DNA of 64,000 bases, from the NCBI GenBank assembly GCA_051859245.1, contig JBHYGA010000001.1, positions 672,001-736,000 of the forward strand, in the 5' to 3' direction. Positions 57,583 through 64,000 of this stretch are shown here, piece after piece. A program made the translations under genes and the position numbers. The notes beneath the pieces were generated by a model. That model had not been told where the DNA came from. It ran no database searches and worked only from the letters and a program-made list of their open reading frames with translations. Position 1 is the first letter of the stretch; each line of letters starts with the position of its first letter. This DNA is from Gemmatimonadaceae bacterium. GTDB lineage: Bacteria > Gemmatimonadota > Gemmatimonadetes > Gemmatimonadales > Gemmatimonadaceae.

Positions 57583-59424
57583 ATGGCCGCACCAGCCGCA
57601 CCCCCATCGGTTAAGTCCGCCGACCGACTCGGCGAGCTGCTCGTTCGTGAAGGGCTGATCACCAAGGAGCAGCTTGCCAAAGCGCTCCAGGAGCAGGTCG
57701 CAACTGGCGCGCGCATCGGCCTCACGCTGGTCAAAATGGGCATCGTGCCGGAAACGAGCGTCGTCAAGATTCTCGCGCGGCAGCACCGCATGCCCGCCGT
57801 GGATCTGGCCCGTTTCGAAGTAGACCCCAAGCTGCTCAAGCTGATCCCGGCCGACCTGGCGTCCAAGCACATCGTGCTGCCGCTCAAGCGCGATGGTCGA
57901 CAGCTCACGGTGGCAATCGCCGACCCCACGAACCTTGGCGTTGTTGACGACCTCAAGTTCATCACGCGCTACGACATCGTGCCCGTGCTGGCCGGCGAAT
58001 ACTCCATGCGCGCGGCCATCGAAAAGCACTATGATGCCGGCGAATCGCAGCAAATGCAGTCGCTGTTGCAGGACATCCAGGGTGATGACGATGACGTGGA
58101 GCTGCTCGAATCGCAGGAGCAGGAAACCGATGTCACCATCCTCGCCGCGCAGGTTGAAGAAGCACCCGTCGTCAAACTGATCAACGCCATTCTGATTGAC
58201 GCCGTGCAGAAGGGCGCGTCAGACATTCACTTTGAATCGTTCGAACACGAACTACGCGTGCGCTACCGCGTAGACGGTGCGCTGCAGGAAATCATGAAGC
58301 CGCCCATGAAAATGAAGGCGGCCCTGATTTCGCGTTTCAAGATCATGTCGTCGCTGAACATCGCCGAACGTCGCGTACCGCAGGACGGCCGTATCAAACT
58401 GAAAGTCGGCAAGAAGGTCATCGACTTCCGCGTGAGCACACTGCCCACGCTGTTCGGCGAAAAGGTCGTGCTGCGAATCCTCGACAAGGGCAACCTCACA
58501 CTCGATCTCGAAACGTTCGGCATTGAGCCGCGCGCCGAAGCCGAGTTCATGGAGGCCATTTCGAATCCGTATGGCATGGTGCTCGTCACGGGACCGACCG
58601 GTTCCGGCAAAACCACCACGCTCTACTCCGCGCTGTCCAAGATCAATACGATCGACACGAACATCATGACCGCCGAAGATCCCGTTGAGTACAACCTCTT
58701 CGGTATCAACCAGGTGCAGGTGCGCACCGAAATCGGCATGACCTTCGCCGCCGCACTCAAAGCGTTCCTGCGACAGGATCCGAACGTCATCATGCTCGGC
58801 GAAATTCGAGACCTTGAGACTGGTAGCATCGCGGTGAAAGCCGCACTCACCGGTCACATGGTGCTCAGTACGCTGCACACCAACTCGGCGCCGGAAACGC
58901 TCACGCGTCTGCTCGACATGGGACTCGAACCGTTTAACGTGGCGTCGGCGCTCAATGCCATTCTCGCGCAGCGTCTCGTGCGTCGTATCTGCTCCAAGTG
59001 CAAGGTCAAGTACGAGCCGGATGACGCCGAGTTCACGGGTGCGAAGGTGAACCGCGATACCACCATGCGTGATTTGCGCTTCACCGACCGGGCGCTCAAC
59101 GATGCCAAGGCGCGCGCGAGCAAAGAAGCCGCGCCGTTCCTCGAAGATCTGTCGCTGGATACACGCGTCAGCGAGCTCCCGTACTTCAAGGGACATGGCT
59201 GCGACGCCTGTAATGGAACGGGTCTGCGCGGTCGACAGGGTTTGTACGAAGTGATGTTCATGACCAACCACCTCAAGAAGCTCGTGGTGCAGAACGCTGA
59301 CTCTCAGGTTTTGCGCGACGAAGCGATCACCGAAGGCATGCTGACCCTCCGTATGGACGGCTGGCTGAAGGTGCTGAAGGGCCTCACGACGATGGAACAG
59401 GTCATCCGCGAAACGAGTGCCTAG
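57583..59424 (+). CDS. pilB: Type IV pilus assembly ATPase with MshEN domain
   Basis: RLGELLVREGLI, ASDIH.E, ERRVPQDGR, GPTGSGKTTT, LRQDPNVI, two CxxC pairs. Confidence 0.93.
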   Translation: MAAPAAPPSVKSADRLGELLVREGLITKEQLAKALQEQVATGARIGLTLVKMGIVPETSVVKILARQHRMPAVDLARFEVDPKLLKLIPADLASKHIVLPLKRDGRQLTVAIADPTNLGVVDDLKFITRYDIVPVLAGEYSMRAAIEKHYDAGESQQMQSLLQDIQGDDDDVELLESQEQETDVTILAAQVEEAPVVKLINAILIDAVQKGASDIHFESFEHELRVRYRVDGALQEIMKPPMKMKAALISRFKIMSSLNIAERRVPQDGRIKLKVGKKVIDFRVSTLPTLFGEKVVLRILDKGNLTLDLETFGIEPRAEAEFMEAISNPYGMVLVTGPTGSGKTTTLYSALSKINTIDTNIMTAEDPVEYNLFGINQVQVRTEIGMTFAAALKAFLRQDPNVIMLGEIRDLETGSIAVKAALTGHMVLSTLHTNSAPETLTRLLDMGLEPFNVASALNAILAQRLVRRICSKCKVKYEPDDAEFTGAKVNRDTTMRDLRFTDRALNDAKARASKEAAPFLEDLSLDTRVSELPYFKGHGCDACNGTGLRGRQGLYEVMFMTNHLKKLVVQNADSQVLRDEAITEGMLTLRMDGWLKVLKGLTTMEQVIRETSA

Positions 59425-59585
59425 CGCGTAGCGGCGCTGGCCGGTTGTGACGGTGACGTCACACCGTCGGCCATGCCCGTCACGAATCACGCTTCCCACC
59501 TCCGATTGCGGTTTCCCGACCAAACACCACTCGTCCTTGGCAGGAATCACCAGCGAGCGCCTTTGCTCGCCGCACCAACCTTCTT

Positions 59586-60749
59586 ATGACTGCACCGACG
59601 TCCGTTCCCGCTGTTTCGCTCCGGATGCTGCTCGATGAAATGATCGAGCGCGATGCGTCCGACCTGCACATTACCGCAGGCGATCGACCCAAGCTCCGGG
59701 TCGATGGCGATATCATCAATTCGTCGGTCGAGCACGTGCTGCAACCACGCGACACGCTACAACTCGCGTACTCCGTGCTCACGGAAAACCAGAAAAAGCG
59801 GTTTGAAATGGAGGACGAGCTCGACTTCTCGTTCGGCATTCAGAACCTGTCGCGCTTTCGTGGCAACGTGTTCCGCCAGCGCGGTTGTGTAAGCATGGTC
59901 ATTCGTCAGATCCCGTTCCAGATCAAAACGTTCGACGAACTGCAGCTGCCCGCGGTGATCGCCGGGTTCGCCGAGCGTCCGCGTGGAATGGTGCTGGTGA
60001 CGGGTCCGACCGGTTCCGGTAAGTCAACGACGCTCGCGGCCATGATCGACAAGATCAACAGCGAACGTCGTGGTCATATCATCACCGTCGAAGACCCCAT
60101 CGAGTTTATCCATCGCCATCGCACGTGCATCATCAATCAGCGCGAAGTTGGTGCGGATACCAAGAGTTTTGCGAGCGCGCTCAAGTACGCGCTGCGTGAA
60201 GATCCTGACGTCATTCTGATCGGCGAAATGCGCGACCTGGAAACGATCCAGGCGGCGCTCACGATCGCCGAAACCGGTCACTTGGTTTTTGCCACGCTGC
60301 ACACCAACAGTGCGGCCGAGGCGATCAACCGAATCATTGACGTCTTCCCCAGTCACCAGCAGAGTCAGGTGCGCGCGCAGCTGGCCTTCGTGCTCGAAGG
60401 CATCGTCACGCAAACGCTGCTGCCCAAGCTGTCGGGCCGCGGTCGCGCCATGGCCGCCGAGATCCTCGTGGTCACGCCGGCCATTCGCGCGCTGATCCGT
60501 GACGACAAAGTGCACCAGATCTACTCGCTCATGCAGTCCGGCAAAAAGTTCGGCATGCAGACACTGAACGACTCATTGTACCAGCTGTATGTGTCGCGCC
60601 AGGTCAGCGCCGACGAATGCGTTCGGGCATCAAGCGATCCGAACGAGTTCCTGCGCATGATTGGCAAGTCACCGTTCGACGATAACTCGCAGTCCTCTGG
60701 CCGACCCGCAGTTGGGGCCGCGCTCGCCGGCGCCAACGGGCGTCGCTGA
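59586..60749 (+). CDS. pilT: Type IV pilus retraction ATPase
   Basis: ASDLH, GPTGSGKSTT, LREDPDVILIGEMRD, AIRALIRD, GMQT. Confidence 0.95.
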   Translation: MTAPTSVPAVSLRMLLDEMIERDASDLHITAGDRPKLRVDGDIINSSVEHVLQPRDTLQLAYSVLTENQKKRFEMEDELDFSFGIQNLSRFRGNVFRQRGCVSMVIRQIPFQIKTFDELQLPAVIAGFAERPRGMVLVTGPTGSGKSTTLAAMIDKINSERRGHIITVEDPIEFIHRHRTCIINQREVGADTKSFASALKYALREDPDVILIGEMRDLETIQAALTIAETGHLVFATLHTNSAAEAINRIIDVFPSHQQSQVRAQLAFVLEGIVTQTLLPKLSGRGRAMAAEILVVTPAIRALIRDDKVHQIYSLMQSGKKFGMQTLNDSLYQLYVSRQVSADECVRASSDPNEFLRMIGKSPFDDNSQSSGRPAVGAALAGANGRR

Positions 60750-60770
60750 TCCTTCACGAGGTAGTTCCGC

Positions 60771-61961
60771 ATGCCAACGTTCACGTACACCGCGCGTACC
60801 GCCAGCGGCGATCTTAAGTCGGCCACTATTGACGCCACGTCGCGCGACGACGCCGTCAATCAGCTGCGCCGCCAGCGGTTGACGATCGTCAAGGTCGACG
60901 AGAATCGCCCCAAGAAGGCGCGTGGCTCGATTGGCATGCGCGACATCGTAATTTTCACGCGTCAGTTCTCCACCATGATCAACGCCGGTCTGCCGCTCGT
61001 GCAGGCCCTCGACATTCTCGCCAAGCAGAGTGAGAACAAGGTGCTCGCGCAAACGGTGCGTGAGGTCGTGTTCGAAGTGGAAAGTGGACACACGGTCGCC
61101 GACGCCATGCGCAAGCATCCCAAGGCGTTCAGCGAACTGTACACCAACATGGTGGACGCCGGCGAAAAGGGTGGTATCCTCGATACCATTCTTGGACGTC
61201 TCGCGGTATTCCTCGAAAAGAACGACGCGCTGGTGCGTAAGGTGAAGGGCGCGATGATCTATCCGTCCGTCATCATGGGCGTGGCGGCAATCGCAATCGT
61301 GGTGTTGTTGTGGAAGGTGATTCCGGTGTTCCAGAACATGTTCGCCAGTGTGAACATGGAACTGCCAGGCCCTACCAAGTTCGTCATCTTCTTGTCGGGC
61401 TTCCTGAACAACTACTGGTGGGCGCTGCTCATTGGTGCGGGCGCATTTGTGTACGGCATTCGTGCCGCGTACGCCACATCGGGCGGTCAGCTGGCGATCG
61501 ACAGCTTCATGCTGAAAGTCCCGGTGCTTGGCGACGTGCTCCGCAAGTCGGCCGTGTCACGCTTCACGCGTACGCTCGGCACACTGATCTCGTCGGGTGT
61601 CAGCATCCTTGACGGCCTCGAAATCACTGCGAAAACGTCAGGCAACCGTGTGGTGCAGGACGCCATCATGGAATCACGCGCCAGCATCGCCGGCGGTGAA
61701 AGCATTGCGTCACCGCTGCAGAAGTCGAAGGTGTTTCCGCCCATGGTGATCAGCATGATCAGCGTTGGTGAGCAGACTGGTGGTCTCGACGAAATGCTCA
61801 CCAAGATCGCCGACTTCTACGACGACGAAGTGGACGCGGCCGTGAGCGGATTGCTCAGCTTGCTGGAGCCGATCATGATCGTGTTCCTCGGCGTGGTGGT
61901 TGGTGGCATGATCGTGGCCATGTACCTGCCGATCTTCGACATGGTGAACGCGGTGCAGTAA
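60771..61961 (+). CDS. pilC: Type IV pilus inner-membrane platform protein (GspF family)
   Basis: FTRQFSTMINAGLPL, AGEKGG.LD, GEQTG.LD.ML, LEP.MI, AMYLPIF. Confidence 0.95.
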   Translation: MPTFTYTARTASGDLKSATIDATSRDDAVNQLRRQRLTIVKVDENRPKKARGSIGMRDIVIFTRQFSTMINAGLPLVQALDILAKQSENKVLAQTVREVVFEVESGHTVADAMRKHPKAFSELYTNMVDAGEKGGILDTILGRLAVFLEKNDALVRKVKGAMIYPSVIMGVAAIAIVVLLWKVIPVFQNMFASVNMELPGPTKFVIFLSGFLNNYWWALLIGAGAFVYGIRAAYATSGGQLAIDSFMLKVPVLGDVLRKSAVSRFTRTLGTLISSGVSILDGLEITAKTSGNRVVQDAIMESRASIAGGESIASPLQKSKVFPPMVISMISVGEQTGGLDEMLTKIADFYDDEVDAAVSGLLSLLEPIMIVFLGVVVGGMIVAMYLPIFDMVNAVQ

Positions 61962-62028
61962 GCGGGTAGAACGGGTCTGGGATTTCTCGGACTCTATGAG
62001 AACTGAGCTACTGGCTCTCAACAAAACA

Positions 62029-62063
62029 ACAAGAGCGGAGGCCCTCGAGGCCTCCGCTTTTGT
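62029..62063 (+). terminator. Intrinsic terminator of the pil operon
   Basis: AAGAGCGGAGGCC-ctcga-GGCCTCCGCTTTT. Confidence 0.8.
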
Positions 62064-62156
62064 ATGTACATTCGCGGGCCTTCTTCTCGGCGGCTACCTA
62101 TGGCAACCGACCATCATGCGGCGGATTTGACGCTGCCGTAGACATCTATCGACGAC

Positions 62157-63044
62157 ATGCAAACAATGTTTGTCAGCGCGCAGTTCAGATGTCCGAATGA
62201 GCGCATCGTCGATCTGGCGATCTTCGAACCGATGTTCGCGGCGGCGGCGTATGCGTGCGTTCCGCTGACGCTCATGGAGTATTATACCATCACCACGAGC
62301 GCGCGGGTCGGCCAAGAGCGCCCCATCTCAACGCCGGAGAACCTTGTTCGATTGTGGAATCGGAAGACGACAGTGAAGCTCCTCCTCGCGTCGTCGCGCC
62401 GTATGGACGATGGACCGTATGCGTCGGTGGGTTTCGGTCGGTCGGATCGCCCCGGTGGGGAGGTGCCGCCCACGGCGGGCGAGGTGGAATGGCTTCGGAG
62501 CGTCACTGCCGAAGAGCAGGCCAACTTTCTGCTCGGTGTCAAACGAGCATTCGTTCTGGCGAATGGATGGAGCGGTCACCTGCACGCAACGACAGAATCC
62601 GCGTTTGCGTCCGCCGAGCTGGGGTTTACGGCGACGAGTCGGTGGCGACCCTTCCCTGAAGAGGGTTATGAGGGTTCCTCCGACGCGGCGGCGATCAAGC
62701 GTTGGTACGCGTGGAAGCATCCCGAGGATACCAACGACCGGGTCCAGATGTTGGGGCCGGCACGCTCGCGCATCGGCCCACGTTTGCGTGGCACATACTG
62801 GGGAACGCTGCTCGGCCCCACGCTCGTCGCGGAGTTGGGCGGACTCTCACGCATCACCCGCGAGGCACCGGTAGCCGTCGCGGAGTCACTCAGCAACGGC
62901 GGCGCGTATCTGCAGTTGACGCCAACCCCCGAGCCGATCACCACGGACACGATGCAGCGCGGGTTGCTGGAGCTCGAGCGCTTTCTCGAGCCGGTGCTCG
63001 TGCCGACACCGTTGTACTGGGCGCAGAGGCATACCAAAGCATAA
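62157..63044 (+). CDS. Hypothetical protein, C-terminus resembles DUF3396/TsiV-type immunity proteins
   Basis: LRGTYWGTLLGPTLVAELGG...GGAYLQLTPTP pattern. Confidence 0.55.
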   Translation: MQTMFVSAQFRCPNERIVDLAIFEPMFAAAAYACVPLTLMEYYTITTSARVGQERPISTPENLVRLWNRKTTVKLLLASSRRMDDGPYASVGFGRSDRPGGEVPPTAGEVEWLRSVTAEEQANFLLGVKRAFVLANGWSGHLHATTESAFASAELGFTATSRWRPFPEEGYEGSSDAAAIKRWYAWKHPEDTNDRVQMLGPARSRIGPRLRGTYWGTLLGPTLVAELGGLSRITREAPVAVAESLSNGGAYLQLTPTPEPITTDTMQRGLLELERFLEPVLVPTPLYWAQRHTKA

Positions 63045-63123
63045 GCCCGCCTTTTTTACAACGGAGGTTCGTCGACACCATATTGCGGCGTCCCGACAAT
63101 CCAACTGTTAAAACAAGGCCGCG

Positions 63124-63378
63124 ATGGAATACAGCACAGGCGTATCCGAGTCAGGCGAGCAGTTCTTTGTGGATGCACTCATTCGCACGGGTCCTGGGGA
63201 GCCGCTCACGCGTCAGTTCTCGCTGTCGGTAGCGGATCAATCGTCAAGTGGACAGCCGGAGATCGTGATCTCTATCAGGGAGAATGCTGGCGTTGAGCCC
63301 GCCGCAAGTTTCTTGTGTAATCACGCAGAGCTGAAGGAGCTCGTCGAGTGGCTTCGTCACCGCAAAATCGTGAAGTAG
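63124..63378 (+). CDS. Small hypothetical protein (84 aa)
   Basis: ATG ORF with a possible AAGG RBS; no recognisable motif. Confidence 0.5.
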   Translation: MEYSTGVSESGEQFFVDALIRTGPGEPLTRQFSLSVADQSSSGQPEIVISIRENAGVEPAASFLCNHAELKELVEWLRHRKIVK

Positions 63379-63434
63379 CAGCGGTGGGTGATCCGCTTGA
63401 AAACGGGTCGCAGTATAAACAAACCTGAGCACGT

Positions 63435-63514
63435 GACCGCCGGGGAATCGAACCCCGAGAATGAGTTTCGCCAGCCAGTTTCCTTCACGGGAATCGAACC
63501 CGTTTCCGGCGGCC
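63435..63514 (-). other. tRNA-like structure with two TPsiC-type arms (not a canonical tRNA)
   Basis: Minus strand ACGGG-TTCGATT-CCCGT and CGGGG-TTCGATT-CCCCG enclosed by GGCCGC...GCGGTC. Confidence 0.45.
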
Positions 63515-63540
63515 TTCCCTCTTGGAGCCATTCCGCGGCC

Positions 63541-63756
63541 AACACTCCATGCTAAAGCTTCGTCTCCGGTCTTAAAACCGAACGCACCGCGCGCAGACAG
63601 TACGCGATCCGTAGCGCGGCACGCGCCGACGTCTTTGACTATCTGCGGCGCTTCTACAAGCCGATTCGACGACACTCCGCCTTGGACTATCTTCGCCCCG
63701 TGCAGTCTGAAGATGCTGAAGCTTAGCCGCGTGTCCACGGAAAACGGGACAGCTCA
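63541..63756 (+). mobile_element. Degenerate IS3-family remnant: transposase C-terminus plus right inverted repeat
   Basis: Frame reads NTPC*SFVSGLKTERTARRQY..R.AARADVFDYL.RFY.P.RRHS.L.YL.P; ends GTGTCCACGGAAAACGGGACAGCTCA (IS3-type ...CA end). Confidence 0.85.
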
Positions 63757-63946
63757 GTAAGGACAATGCACCATCACGTCAATTGGGCAGTTGCCCAATA
63801 GCGCCCGTGGAAGAAATGGCCACTTTCCTATCGGTGCCCGATTTGCTACCGAACAATGCGACAGCGGCGTGTGACACTTTTGCAAAGACCTGTTTCGATC
63901 AATACTCGACGCTTCGAAGGATGAATACGATGAATAATGAAGTCGC

Positions 63947-64000
63947 ATGATGCGCCGACTGCCGTTACACTTCAGTTTCTGCCTCCTGCTCAGCGTAGCA
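63947..64000 (+). CDS. Possible 5' end of a secreted protein (runs off window)
   Basis: MMRRLPLHFSFCLLLSVA looks like the start of a signal peptide. Confidence 0.35.
   Translation, partial: MMRRLPLHFSFCLLLSVA

Noticed and set aside
59446..59468. TGTGA...TCACA as a CRP/FNR site between pilB and pilT
   Set aside because: The spacer is 8 nt rather than 6; better explained as a small hairpin.
62064..62141. Short ORF MYIRGPSSRRLPMATDHHAADLTLP resembling an EEP-domain C-terminus
   Set aside because: Only 25 codons; similarity too weak to support.
63435..63514. Canonical tRNA or tmRNA gene
   Set aside because: No D-arm, no convincing anticodon stem, no CCA, and far too short for tmRNA; kept only as a tRNA-like element.
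63244..63738. 164-aa minus-strand ORF
   Set aside because: Mostly the antisense reading of the IS3 remnant and overlaps the 63124-63378 ORF.

Overview
GC-rich bacterial chromosomal window. Gene content and style (Oar-type TonB receptors, an SprA-like protein, a Uma2 remnant) suggest a Gemmatimonadota genome; this is inference. Left half: psuG end, two TPR proteins, M16 peptidase, a degenerate SpeD-like gene pair, pgsA-like, DsbA-like, acs, a ccmABC(D)-hemD-MFS-hemC-hemB-ppa heme cluster, then a minus-strand cluster with anti-sigma, DUF92, FAD oxidoreductase, flavin reductase, methyltransferase, SRPBCC and FabF-like KS. Middle: M24 peptidase, MsbA-like ABC exporter, cyoE, APC permease, two TonB-dependent receptors flanking two SdrD-B/OB-fold lipoproteins, and a lipoprotein endonuclease I (candidate extracellular nucleic-acid scavenging locus). 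Right: mlaD/mlaE, lptG/lptF, a 2178-aa SprA-like protein, comEA-pilB-pilT-pilC, then an accessory tail with an orphan immunity-like gene, a tRNA-like element with two T-arms and an IS3 remnant. Strongest unexplained signals: the nucleic-acid uptake locus, dense D-(S/T)-hydrophobic motifs (the Bacteroidota O-glycosylation sequon) in exported proteins, SprA outside Bacteroidota, and long intergenic inverted repeats with triple 8-9 nt units. No rRNA, intact tRNA or CRISPR array was seen. All calls come from motif recognition by eye; no searches were run.
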